Assembly: GCA_965645245.1 (NCBI GenBank) | Contig: OZ287076.1 | Location: 1,302,001 to 1,366,000 of the forward strand | DNA: 64,000 nucleotides | Source of the DNA: Massalongia carnosa | Taxonomy: Eukaryota | Direction of reading: 5' to 3' | Part shown: piece after piece, positions 12,790-25,600 of the stretch | How positions within the stretch are numbered: position 1 is the first letter of the stretch | Layout: each line of letters starts with the position of its first letter | The notes under the pieces: generated by a model | What the model saw: only the letters and a program-made list of their open reading frames with translations | Databases searched by the model: none | Told to the model about the DNA's origin: nothing | Translations under genes and position numbers: made by a program

Positions 12790-13849
12790 CTAATCAACAG
12801 CAAGTATTTTGTCAATATTAGACTCTTGAGTTGTCCCCCAGACCATCCATGGTTCCTCATTGTCCTTCCATATCCTCCTTTGTACTACGAAGTACTCGTC
12901 CATGTCCTTTTCAACCCCGGTGCCTTTCACCGTAACATCCTCCCCACCAGGTGGTCCTGGGGTTGTCTTTGTCAGACTTTGGACCGACCGTATCCTGACA
13001 ATTGCTTGCCTCAGAGCTGTGCCTTTCATCAAGAGAGCGGCTCGATTTGATACAATGCGAGGGGAGTGGTTGTATTTATGCATGGTCCACCGATGAACCT
13101 CTGACGGAGGACGTAACGCTATCCGTGCCCGGAGTGACGCCAGCAGTCCTTCCGTACAGATGGATGACAAGGTGGCAGTATCCTTCCTATTACCCATGCG
13201 TCAACAGGATCTGCGCTGGAAAGAGTGGACACAACCACCTACTCAGCGAAAGCGGTATACATCTGTCGATGCAATGCAGCCGCGGTGGGAATAACCCTCC
13301 TCCGCGCGAGTTTTGGATACGGCTTTTCCTTGGCCCCGAATTTGTAGGTTAAGAGACTGGAGGAAGAGCCTTGATCAGAAAGCAGTCCCCGTTCTAGCGA
13401 ACGCTTGCGAAAACGTACCCTCTGAGATCGCTGAACCGAGTCTTCAGCCGATGGACCTCTAGCTTCCAGCGCCGATGCGGGTTACGGAAGATGGTGGGCT
13501 TCTGCGCGCCAACAGGCATGATGAAGGTTTCTGATGCAAGTTAGGACACCATACATCCCCTACCGGCCCCTCCCTTTAAAGCACGAAACCAGCGACTTCT
13601 GGGAACTTCGACTTTACCTGGAAGGAGCCCAAGGTCCTTGGGCAAGTCCTTGTGCGTTTGCTCCTGGAGAGCTACCCGTACGCTTTTCTGCGGAGGTTGG
13701 CGGATGGTGGGTGCGAGGCCAGAGGCGGAGCGTGAGGTTGGGCAGTAGCGACGAGCCTGCGAGCTGCATCGTGGATGGTCGAAAGAAGCCAATAGAATCG
13801 AGCGTGGGATTTGGTAGGCCGCGACGGCGGCGAGTTTTCGCTGTACCAT
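12790..13849 (-). CDS. Mitochondrial Tim44-like domain protein (Mba1/mL45-like)
   Basis: Four-exon model: R/S-rich presequence, DLPKDLGLLP|ETFIMP, LHRQMYTAFA|EKDTATLSSICTEGL, RQAIVRIRSVQSL, DEYFVVQRRIWKDNEEPWMVWGT. Confidence 0.72.
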
Positions 13850-14276
13850 TTCGCAGGAACTGATACGCTTTGATCCCAAAGATGGGGGGGGGGTGCAATT
13901 GACGAATACTGTGTGAGTCTGTGATCTCGAGAAAAAAAAGTCGCTGGTTCAGTTCCCCCACACGATCTGCGTCAGGGGCGAGAGCTTGAAAACCTGGGGA
14001 AACAACGGGAACTTCAAGCTCGGTGCTGATCATCGATTCATATGGACATACAAGTTAGAATGTGATTTGCGAGCTTTACGAGATGTAAAGACACGCGCCC
14101 TTGAAGTGATTTAGATACATATACATGGCCCTTCAAAAGTTGTGTGGATAAATATATGTTGTATCTAACCAACCCGTTCACCTCTCCTCCAATCCCGTGC
14201 ATGCACCCCAAACACTGCCGCCGATAGCTGCAATCCCCCAAATCTCGAACAAGACCTTTTGCTCTATATTTTGCAA

Positions 14277-15329
14277 ATGCGGCAGCATATGCCGTAGGCT
14301 GCCCTCCACCTGGCTACTCCTGACCCTCCTCCAAGCTATGCGAATGTGTCGAGCATCCCGGAGACTGGTCCCAAAGCCGTGCAGTCAGTGCTGCACCCCC
14401 GAGTTGCCGTCTTCCTCGGGGTCAACGCCCGGTGGCATTTTCCCCTCCTCATCTGCCGCGCTCTCGGCACCGCACCGGCGGTGTGGTGGGGTTTACGATG
14501 CGCGCGGACTTTCCTGAGGGAGTTGCTCGTGAGCGATCAAGCCGCGGCGCAGACGGCGGCATGGAGCGCGGAAAAACGCTTCACGGTGACGGAGGTATTT
14601 CTGGCTATCTCGTGGGTATGTTCCGCGCCTCCTTTATTGGCCTGCTCCGGAGCGGATTGAATAACCCCAGAGGCACGCCCGGTATGACTGGCTGACAGTA
14701 TCGTCTTCGGGCAGTGTTCGGCGTCGGCATATCTCTCGTATTTCTTCATGGATTGTCTCATGTTCAGATGGTAACGCGCTTCCCTCCTTATGCTTTTTTT
14801 CAAGTCTGATTTGGTGTCTCCGAATACCCTAGGTTATTGTTCTACACCCCCCCGGCCACCGTTGTTCGGCTTTTGGCCACCAACGCCACGATTGCTTGGC
14901 TCACATCTTACGTGCTGTTTCTCTCTGGTGCCTCTGAGGATCCGCGCATGCTTCTACCAGCTTGGGTGTCGATTACCACGGTAAGATCGAGGCGGGAGGT
15001 CCCCATCGTGTTCGCGCGGCTCTGACTCATCTTTGTTATAGTCACTGACGTTGCTATACCATCTGACGCAGCGCAAAATCAACATCCGAAAGGAGACTTC
15101 AGCATCGATCAATGTCTTTTCCATTGTTAGCTTCATTAGCATGTTCATGTTGCTGCTCCAACTACATCTGACTCGTGATAATGATCCAGTTGTACCATTA
15201 TTTATGGTGTTACAGAAGGCATGGGATTTTTTCCTCACAGCCTTGGGTTCACCCCGCAGCGTGCGAGTTGAAAGCGAGGGCAATATTTATGGACAGTCTG
15301 TGGATAGACAGCGCATCCGCTACGTATGA
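14277..15329 (+). CDS. EOS1: N-glycosylation protein EOS1 family membrane protein (start uncertain; in-frame TAG at 14295)
   Basis: LHPRVAVFLGV...LLICRALGTAPAVWWG, CSASAYLSYFFMDCLMFRWL, YTPPATVVRLL, DPRMLLPAWVSI, TQRKINIRKETSASINVFSI. Introns ~14637-14713, 14770-14832, 14981-15041. Confidence 0.82.
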
Positions 15330-15675
15330 TACACACTGTGTAACGCAAAGAAGGTCGTGAGATAAGAAGATACTGGGCCTATGGCTGCTAGGAACCTCAA
15401 TAATGAACGACTCGTACTTTCCCCGCATCTCTTGGAGCACCGTCAACCGCAAATCAGTTGTACAAAGTGAGAAAAGGAAAGCTCATGCAGAACACGCCAC
15501 GTATCCTTCCATCACATAGGGTATCAATCAACGCCACAACGCGTGTAACCCGTATATCAGGCTCGACCTGTGTTATCATAGCAAAGGTAGCATAGAAACG
15601 GGAGCAGGACGCTTGTCCGCCGAAATTTCTAAGGTACATTTGGGAAAAGCCCGATGCGGCGGTAATAGCGATATC

Positions 15676-16443
15676 CTAAAACCCATGGACCTGATATAAC
15701 CTGTGAGCTTTACCTCCAAGAACTGATCGAACATAACAAGCATACCTTGATAGTTTTGGCATCAAGCTCGAGTCCTTCCTTTTTGTCGACGAGAAATTCT
15801 TGGACGTCTTTACGCTGGTCGCCTTGAAGCTGGATCACCTCGCCCATCTCGGTGTCGTTAACAATGGTGCCATTGCACGCTGTATAGGTGGGAAAAAGGT
15901 CAAAAAAATCGATAACACTGAAAAGAGCAAATAAATATCATTGAATGTGTGACAAACATACCAAATTTCTTCTTGATGACTTTGAGTATCTTCTTCTGAT
16001 CAAATTTCTTTGGGAGACCTTGCACAGTAGTCAAGGTCTTACGACCATTACGCTCTGTTGGTGGTAGTTGATGACGTTAGCCATAGCCTTTGTCTGGGAC
16101 GTTGAAACTCATTACGAAAGGGAAAGAAGAAAAACGCAACGTACGCTGAATTCGAATATGGATATAGTTTTGAGACTGTTTCGTCTCCCCTGTATCTTCG
16201 TCGGCTTCGGCGAAGGGGTCTGTTAATCATAAATTTAGTCCGCATCACCACTGTATTTCAAAGCAGACAAGCGAGAGAGGTGCGGCGAGTGAAGTTTTGA
16301 ACGTTACCCAGACGGGTTTATCGAAGTCCTTGCTAGAGTGCGGAAGCGCTGGGAAGGAAAAAGAGCCACAAGGCGGAGGTGGGTAGGAGTATACTCTGGA
16401 GGTCGAACTACTCACCGAAGGTCTTGAGGTTTTCGATTGACAT
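15676..16443 (-). CDS. SUI1: Translation initiation factor eIF1
   Basis: Spliced peptide MSIENLKTF|DPFAEADEDTGETKQSQNYIHIRIQ|QRNGRKTLTTVQGLPKKFDQKKILKVIKKKF|ACNGTIVNDTEMGEVIQLQGDQRKDVQEFL...KTIK|VHGF*. Four introns; missed by the ORF track. Confidence 0.97.
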
Positions 16444-16994
16444 AAAAAGCTTGGTTTTTGGGGGAATTCTTTTGAAAGTTGTTTAAGTTTCGTAAATAAG
16501 ATATAAAGTAATCCTGCTTGTTCAAAGATTTTGGAATGGAAAAGTATTTGTTAAGACTGTAAGAGGGTTGTTTAAGGTGCCTTGCGCAAGGAGGGGTTAT
16601 AAAATACAACGCTAAATCTCTATGTGTAATTTACGACGCATCAGCAGTGATGGAACCGTTTGGCGCTGGACACTAAGTTTCTTACAGAGTTGGTACTCTC
16701 CAGGCACGCTAGCACGGCTAGGTACTACATATTCAGCCAGAAGGGGGAGTTTGTGCACTGGACAGATGTAAGAGAAATTGAATAACTCATCAGAATTGAG
16801 CTCTGAATCATATAAAAGTGATCCTCTGTCGAGCACATTTTAATCACACGTGCACTCGTAATTAGCCAAGTACAAAGTATTTACTTTGAAGATCATAAGA
16901 CGGCGCAGCCACAAGGACGAATATTTTTGGATTCAAACCGCCTTGTTCGAGCGGTCGTCAACAACAGCCCCTCAACGTTCGCGCGAAGACACCG

Positions 16995-17699
16995 TCATGA
17001 TGGCGGTGCCGCAACAGGGGCCTCGGTACTTGTTGCCCGATTTGAACCGGGAGGCGGAGGAAGAAACAAAGGCAAATATGTCTATGATAAGTCAATTACA
17101 AGTCATGGATATCAACAGAGTTGGAGCTTGACCACAACAATGGCCATCACTACACAGCTTCAGGTCAGCACTAAGTTTTTATCTTACTAGCTCCAATCGC
17201 CTGGAGAAGGAGCACTCACATGCCATGCCAACGCTGAGATATCCAGGCGTGCCTGCCTTACGGGTTTGCTCAGGGGTCTCTGCAAGCCAGTTTTGCAACG
17301 AGAAAACTAGTGATGCCCTGAGGGAGATGGTGAGCTTTGTGGGAAGTATAGATGGCTGATAACATACCATCCAATCATCCTAGTGCGCAACAAGATCTCA
17401 GACAATCGTCAAGAACGAGCCCATGGAGTTTGTTACTCGCAACTTACTTATTTCTCGTAAACATCTGAAGAGATTTAGTGGACATTATCTTATAGGGATT
17501 CTATAAACGGTATTTCCTACCGCAGCCATTGGCAGTGTAGTGCCAATGGTGCTGGAGATGTCACCTTCGCTGTTGTTTTTGACGGCGTCCACATAGGCAA
17601 TGACTACAAGTTAGTCAGCCTGGTCAGCCTACTTTCCGTGTAGAGCGAGTTCTGAAAATCACCCAAATCACTCCGTCGCATGTCCTTCCTTGATGTCAT
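16995..17699 (-). CDS. Small ER membrane protein, Asterix/UPF0139 (PAT complex) family
   Basis: Seven exons give MTSRKDMRRSDLVIAYVDAVKNNSEGDISSTIGTTLPMAAMFTRNKMIGWASLVFSLQNWLAETPEQTRKAGTPGYLSVGMALMAIVVTYLPLFLPPPPG...; includes exons of 17, 12 and 17 nt. Confidence 0.8.
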
Positions 17700-18581
17700 G
17701 ATCTCCTCCTTCGAACAGGATACCGGTGGACGGTGCTGATGCTATGCTGAAAGGCGGAAGACTGTACTCGATACTCCTGGTAGTGAGGTAATTGAGCGGT
17801 GGAGATGGTTTTTAGATAGCGGTACAATGTCATTCAACCGTCTACCTTGAACTCATGCCTGCCGACCTTGAAGGAATAACAGGATTCGTACGGAGATAAT
17901 GCACTCTTTGCTCTAATATAGGCTATTCTCGTAGCCTGGAACCACGTACTTATCTTCGTAGGCCTGCTGAGATACTCTGTAAATGGGTAGGTATTCCATA
18001 AGAGTGGAAGTAAAGAGTACGAGTACCGAGTACAAACGACAAAATAAAATTTACACCAAAATTTATACCCCACCAAAATCATCAGACTTTTCATCCATTA
18101 TTGTAACGTCTATTCAGTTCATTTGATGATGTTTGAATTTCATTTGCTACAGCTAATAACCAGTCATTCTACCTTCGTCATCAATCACCGCTTGCAGTCG
18201 TTTGGGCATCGTGGCTACCTGTTCGTTGACAAATCGCTGAGAAACATGACTCTATCCCTCATAAATCAACTCTTTAGTAGTAGCATCGTTCCAATGAGGA
18301 TATTTTCGAAGATATTTTTTGACAGGCTGCCAGCAATTCTCAATTGGAGATAGATTAGGAGATGAAACACAGTTGAAATAATGATTCAACTCATTTTTCT
18401 CCTTCCAGATGCGTACGGTATTCGATTTGCCTGATCCATGACCTGGATCACCATCTTCTTCTGAAACGAACCTCTGACCCGTTTGCAGTCATGAAAGAAC
18501 AATCGAATTCAAAATCTGCTCAATGTAGGCCTTTTGCTTCATCTTTCCGTTGATATTACCCGAAACATTGTAAAAAAAATA

Positions 18582-21204
18582 GGGAACGGATAACAGGACA
18601 CCACTTTGGTTAGATAAACACCACCTCCGGTTAGATAAACACCGCTAGCCCAGGTAGGGTAGATTCCTCGGCCCCGCCCGCCTCTTCCCCTTTTAGGTCT
18701 AGTTAGCGGTTGAAACTCCCACATTCTACCTGCACCTCATCCTTGCACTCATATTTCACATTTGATCTGCAGGCACCCTGCCGCCGCCACGTCGTCATGC
18801 CGCTTCGACCTCCCGAAGATAGTCAATCCTTTGCCTCACTAGAAGACCTGTTGCTTAGAGTCAATGAGCATGCCGCCCCCGAAGGCTACGCCGTGGTGCT
18901 TCTTCGAACCAAGAAAACCAAGCTGGGAGTGAGAAATAAAGCTTGGTTAAAATGCGACCGAGGTGGAAAAGTCAGAGAACCGCAGGGTCAGGATCGTCGG
19001 CACACCAGCAGTCGACTAATTGCTTGTCCATTTGCCCTGACAGCCAAAATGGACGACGAGGTATGGTTTTTGGAGGTGGTAAATGGGACACACAATCATC
19101 CGTCCAGTCTTGCTGGCTCTCATCCTGCCTTGAGAAAAATCGCTCTGACCGGTGTAAAGGATGACGTTACCAGACAGTTAACAGTACAAACGTCGGCGTC
19201 AAAGGTTTTGTCTAGTCTGCGTGTTCCCGATGTGAATGCAGATCTCAGTCCTCATGATCCCAATGCCGAGATCATTGTGACTCCGATGTTTAAACCTCGG
19301 GACATCTACAACTTAAAGGCGCAGATGAGACGTGATGTCTTGGGACCATTGACTCCTATTCAGGCATTGATTCGTGAGTTTGACGAAAAGGATTGGGTGT
19401 ACAACTTTCAACAAGACATTCATCAGCAGATTACGCATCTCTTCTTCATCAAGGGCAGTTCCCAAACTCTTCTGATAGATAATCATGAAGTTCTCATTAT
19501 GGATTGCACGTACAAGACCAATCGATACAAAATGCCTCTTCTCGTCATCAGCGGACAAACCGCGCTACATACTACCTTTTATGTCGCCTTTTGCCTTTCT
19601 GATCACGGAGACAGCAGAGGACTACATCTGGGCTTTACAGCAATTGAAGGAGGTGTATTCTCGATTGGAACTTCCTGATTCGATTATTCTCGTGTCCGAC
19701 ATAGAGAAAGGATTAATGTTGGCATCTTCCATAGTCTTTCCAAATATCAATCATTTGCTATGCATCTAGCACATCAATCAGAATGTGTTGACAAAGAGCA
19801 AAAAACCTTTCGACAATGAGGAATGGAAGATCTTTTTGTCAGATTGGAAATCAGTGATCTATGCAGCAACCGAGCCTCAATTTTGGAAGCTATGGGAGCA
19901 GTTTTCTGCTACCTATATGACTTCTCATGAAGATTGTATTCGATATTTGAAGTCCACCTACATTGATAATCATCGCGATCGCTTCGTGGCATGCTACACC
20001 GACAAGGTGCTGCATTTTGAGACAACGGTAACGTCGCGAGGGGAAGGCGCACATGCAGTATTAAAACGTCAATTAGGATCATCGACCGGAGATTTGAAGC
20101 TGGTAGTTGACGGCATTAATCTGCTACTAAAAAATCAGTATCATGATCATCTGATTGCTTTTGAAGAAGCCAGAACACGTTTTCCACTTCATCTTCGCAA
20201 AGTTATCTTTCAGCAACTGAGAGCATTTATCAGTCCCTATGCCCTGAAAAAGATTCTACACCAATACGAGTTATTAACAGGAAGACCGACTGTTATTCCA
20301 GCTTGTACCAACGTCTTCACTACCATCACCGGCTTGCCCTGTAGTCATCTGATTCAGCAACGATTATTCGAGAATGAAGGAAGTCTGAAATTGGAAGATG
20401 TGCACCCGCATTGGAAGTAGGTTATTGTCATCTGATCGATGGTCAGCGATCAGCTACTAACAACAGTTCAAGGTTGGAAAAGCGCGCCCCTCCGATTGCT
20501 TTGATTAATCCTCTTCTTCTAGTGAGGGAACCGGAGATAGCCCGACCTCGTGGTCGCCCTCAGGGAGCGGAAAACAGACGAGCGGAGGCATTTGACAATT
20601 CCACTCATCGATTACCATCTCAATTCGAACGGGTTGAAATGGAAACAGCTGATGCAATAGCTCCGGAGGTGGAACGAGCTATTCATCGAGCCAATACTAC
20701 ACCAGGCAGGGTAGGACGTCGGGGGCGAGGGCGAGGGCGAGGACGAGGGGGAGGGAGAGGAGGGGGAGGGGGGATTGGTGAAAGAGCTGAGACAAACACA
20801 AGGACTGGCCGAGCTAGGGCTAGGGCTAGTCGAGGCAGAGCTGGTCGAGGAAGGGGAGACGGGATTGGCGGGGATGCAGCAGATGGAATTGGTGGGGATG
20901 CAGCGAATGCGGCTCCAATCAACTGATTTGCATTACTAAGCTTCAAATAAAGGGTGCGATTCATGAAGACAGTGCCAATCGACAAATCCAATGTCTAGTA
21001 ATCGATGGTTGAAAGCTGAATTGAATTTTTTCTTGAGGTGTCAATGTTGGGATGTGGACTGCTAGACCTAAAAGGGGAAGAAGGCGGGCGGGGCCGAGGA
21101 ATCTACCCTACCTGGGCTAGCGGTGTTTACCTAACCGGAGGTGGTGTTTATCTAACCGGAGGTGGTGTTTATCTAACCAAAGTGGTGTCCTGTTATCCGT
21201 TCCC
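18582..21204 (+). mobile_element. Mutator-like element (MULE) with inactivated transposase
   Basis: ~120-140 bp TIRs GGGAACGGATAACAGGACACCAC... and A-rich TSD AAAAAATA on both sides. FAR1-like (WLKCDRGG...CPF...HNH), MULE (VLIMDCTYKTNRYKMPL) and CT..TITGLPCSH domains. Frameshift ~19595 and TAG at 19767. Confidence 0.93.
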
Positions 21205-21247
21205 AAAAAATATATCTGATTTAAATCTGTGTCCCATCGCAGTCTAG

Positions 21248-21461
21248 TGTTATGATCTACCTAGAGACTAGTCATAGGGACACTAGAAACGAATACAATA
21301 AAGATGAGGAGGGAATAGACAATCGACAACCAGAACCTGCCCCTATATATCCTCTACTCTAGTACCCATGTGGTATAGTCGTCATGGAACCTTCTAGAGG
21401 CTGCGGGAACGTGTTCCATCTACGATTGCCCTAGGCGGTATCGAAGTCGTGCCGTGTGACA
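21248..21461 (-). mobile_element. Solo LTR (214 bp), related to the LTRs of the 49217 gypsy element
   Basis: TGTTATG...GTGACA with perfect TSD TCTAG; shares TAGAGACTAGTCATAGGGAC and ACAATAAAGAT blocks with the other family members. Confidence 0.9.
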
Positions 21462-22121
21462 TCTAGAATTCTCTTCTTGAATACAATTCTGACAATATCT
21501 TTCTTCAGATTTTCGTATGATTCGTAGTTTTCCTTAAGGATCTCAGTCGAAATGAACCTCATCGCTGAATCGCACATGATGTCAATCCTCCGGCTCAGAA
21601 TATTTCTCAAGCATTATAGTTGCTCAACTGACTCGATGCGCTGCTGTTTCTTATTAATTCAGCCCTTTCTACAAGAAATACACTTATGATAATCCATCGT
21701 ATTCATCGCTCTTTGAACAGTGCGATCACTACAATTCAAGCCTACTTCGTAGTTCAATTGTTCTCAAGTTAAAGCTCGTGCTTCAATGTCTTCGATTTCA
21801 AGAATACGCTTCATTTCTCGTATTTGTTGAGATGTTATGATAAATTTTCGACCTCGCCGCTCTGATATATCGAAATTATTATGATGTCTTCGTGAAGATT
21901 CGCTACGTAGATATTTGTAGCCTTGTTGTCTTGAAACATTGAACACACGAAAAACGTCATCCTTATAATAAGATATTCCTATTGCTTCGCAAAATTCTAC
22001 AGCTCCTTGAATTTTTGCCTTATTAGGTGTAGGAACTTCGACCCTGTAATTTCTAGAAGTGGAGTGGTGGATCGATTCATGATTATTTAATATGATGGCT
22101 CCGTACTCTGGATACAAGGTA

Positions 22122-22172
22122 ATCGTGCTAAACCACTTTCAGAATAGAAGGTAAGAAGTGGTTCAGCACGAT
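22122..22172. mobile_element. Internally deleted copy of the 70-bp hairpin MITE
   Basis: TA-ATCGTGCTAAACCACTTTC...AAGTGGTTCAGCACGAT-TA; matches 49279-49348 in reverse orientation. Confidence 0.8.
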
Positions 22173-22673
22173 TACCTAATGCACACGGGTAGCTTGGACG
22201 GCCGGATTGGCCAGAGTCTCCGGGGATAGGCGGAAGAACCCTTTAGTCGTCGATCATTATAGAGTACCGTGAGTACGTAGAAAATCATGTTGGTACACTT
22301 CGCATTGACGTTAACTTACTCGGAATTGCTGCATCGCCTTCACGGATATCCATTAGTTACTCTATACATTTCTCGCATCTCTGAATGGACCCTGATCAAA
22401 GTCGTTGATCGGACCTGCTTGGTTTAACCGATCGTCATGCAAGTCTCTCGAAATTATAAAACACTGGCATTCGGACGCCTGCATTGTTGATGCATCCCAT
22501 TCTCTTTGCTTGTAATATTTTCTTGCTTGTAGTCTTTTCTCCCTCCTATTCCTCGCGACGCATCTGTCAAACTTTACGTACTTGATAGTGTAGGGCGTCG
22601 GACTACTATACCCAGGCGACATGTCCTTGACAGTCCAATCCTTTTCACCCTATAAGGCCGATATGACAGAACG

Positions 22674-25600
22674 ATGACTAGTCACTTGTCGGGCCTGAAG
22701 ACTGTCGACGAGGCCCATTACAAGCCTTCACCCCTGAGCTATCAGCAGCCTTCGAGCCCTTTTTCCCGCCCGCATATAAGTTGCTTTACGGGTGACTCAC
22801 GCACAAATGATGGAGCGAATGCACTCGAACCAGTTTCAAAAAGGCAGAAATTGGAGGGAAAACCACTACTTGCGTCAAAAATTGCTTTGGAAACTCGAAA
22901 AGAAGATTGCGTGCAGGACTGCGCATCGGAAGGCTTGGTGCAACATCCACTTGAATTGACAGCCGACAAAAAGGACCCGGCGCAAGCAGCTGACGCAGAT
23001 AATTTACCATCGGTCAATCAGAAACTCCCAACGGCTCAGACTCGCACACTTCCTCCATTCCCGGTACGGCCGTGCATTACCTCTCGGAAAAGCGCGAATT
23101 GCGGAGAAACGTTAGCCATAGAGAGGGCTGCGGTAAAACACGTCGTTCAGGTCAAGCCATACATACCAGAGCCGCCATCGTTAGCGCCCCGGTATCATGG
23201 AGGCAGTATGTTTAACTTTAGCAATAACCAGTTGTACAAGCTAACCTGGCCATTACTAGGCACGGCGGACTATTATCCATGGGCGGGGAACCATTCAGAA
23301 GATATCCTAAATGAAATGACCACCAAACAAGGCTTCTATGATAAGGGCCAAGTCCCTCACAATGAAACTAGTACTGCCAGGCCATCCGTCTGGTCAAGCC
23401 TGAAGCACAAATCTGGACTACAAGTTCTCTCGTCTCTTCTTATCTCAGCACTAGATCAGCGTCAGATTCATGGCACAATTACGGCCAACTGTACATTCAA
23501 GCCCCCGCCCCGAGTCACTTTGACGGACGCGAAACGAGAAGCATGGCTTCGAGATCTCGCAAATCCGACAATCACGCTGCGTCGTCTAAGCCGAACGATC
23601 CCTCACGGAATTCGAGGAAAGGTACTTCTCGACCACTGCCTTACAAAGGATATCCCAATTGCTAGGGCTGTCTGGTTGGCGAAATGTGTAGGTGCTAATG
23701 AGATTCGAGCTTTCAAAAGAAAGGGTGCTAGTGGGGCTTTTGCCATAGGCGGGGAGGCTAAGTGGATTAGGGATTGGACGGTAAACGTTCAGAATTTTGT
23801 CGAAGGCATAGTAGGTGACTGTGGTATGTCAGCGTGGAAGAGTAGGATGAGCTATTGGTATGAACTCATCGTCACCTCTGCGCACGAAAATCATTGACGG
23901 TTGCGATATAGCCTGCAACTGGTTTCCCATATCTACTTCGAGCATCTCCTTGATCGGGATCAGTATCTTGAATGGGTTGTAGCATCCTTCCAGAGCAGCG
24001 ATCTTCATATTGTGGCTGTTTGGCTTCTTATCGTCCAGTTAAACTGGAAAGAAATCTTGCGCTATCGGCAGCGTGGTAGGCGTTTGGCTGAGGGTCTCCT
24101 GAATCAGCTGTACAAGGCAAGCCTTCCTGTGCGATACCATCGGATTGGTGAAGTTTATTAACGGTATACAGGCTTCTCGGCCTTCTGTAAAAGACGCTTT
24201 TGCTGAAGTTTTTCAACAGCTTCTCCACATGTTACGGTCGCTTATATTGTCGGCCCCTTTATGTTTTCTGCTTAGGAACTGGAGTAAACATGAGCTCGTA
24301 CTCAAGAACTACCTCCAAGGACAAGAAGACTTGGCTTTCGTCCAGTATGAGTGCTTGTCAAGGCGAAACCATCGTCTTGCGCAGCCAAGAAACTACCAAG
24401 ACTTATCCATGGAACAATCCTCCCAGCAGAGATTGATCGCTTTTCTTGACGATATGCCCGCCGCGATTGATATCCGTCAGATTTCAGACGCGTGTAAGAA
24501 GATTGTTCCCGATCAAAATTTGCTCATAACAACTTGCCTAAATTGGGCAACCAATATATTTAGGAACGGGCGCGCTCGAATTTATATTGTTGTACGCCTG
24601 CTGCGGAGATGGGCCAAATTTGATGTTGACTTAGATTCACCGATCTTGACATTCTTGAGTACGAATCTGTATCTACCGCAGCGGCAGAGGTTCAATCTTT
24701 ACCGGCTCCTTGCGGAGCTCGTTCGCTCTAATCATTTTTCGGTAAGTAGGTATCTCCAATGGTTAATGGCTCGAGGAAGATTGAGTGGGCAAAAATACTC
24801 AGATCAAGTAAGCTCTCCGCCGCGGAGAGAGATATCGTCGTCTTCGGCTAATCAATACAGAGCGCCCCATGTGACGTGCAATTACTTTTCGAGCTACCAT
24901 TACATGGCTTACCTTCTCATGTGGTGAATCTGCGAAGGATACTATTATCGTCAATCGGAGCTTCTACCGCGAAAGAAGATGAAGCAATAAATGCTATGAA
25001 AGGTTTAGTTGCTGGGAAGATTCAAGACTTCTTCCCGGCTTCAGAAACCTTGGCTTTTTCAGAACTTCAAGACTGCTATCCCTGTCGAGTGAGTGAAACC
25101 GTTCGATCCGCCATCGGAAGGTGGATCAGGCAGGCCATAGCTACACGCTTTCTAAGTCTTGAGGTAGATGACAGACTAGACTTGGAAAAAAATGAAGGGG
25201 TTCAGACAAGAGCGGAAGCTAACCCCCTTGCTGGGATTGGACTGGAACAATTTCAAAGCATGCGAGCTGTTCTCGAAGGTCTCGAGGATTTTTCCATCTT
25301 GGCAGACATTATCAAGATATGTTGTACCAGCGAGAACGCTAAAATTTTGACAGCTGCCACCGATACGGTGAACTACCACATTGATATTTTCATGGCCATT
25401 GGCGCTGTAGACGAGCTTTTCCAGGCCTTGTATCAACGATTCCAGGAGACCTATAATCAGAAAGCGTTTGAAAGGATACTCGTGGAATCGCTGGCTGATT
25501 TGGGAGCACATCTCCCTAAGGCAATGGAGGAAGTACGTACCCTTCGTAGAGCATTGCTACATCAAGAGAAATTGTTTTCTCCGGCTGCATGCTCACCCAT

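Larger units (their letters stand above)
18030..22100 (-). mobile_element. Degenerate Tc1-like transposon of the same family as 32536-33863, split by a MULE and a solo LTR
   Basis: VPTPNKAKIQGAVEFCE (21764-22117) and LQAVIDDEGRMTGY* (~18156-18200) match the N- and C-termini of the 32642 transposase. Decayed TIR-like GACAAAATAAAATTTACACCAAAATTT at ~18038. Ends approximate. Confidence 0.8.

Noticed and set aside
16220..16415. snoRNA in the long first intron of SUI1
   Set aside because: No convincing C/D box pair or H/ACA structure by eye; an Infernal search would be needed.
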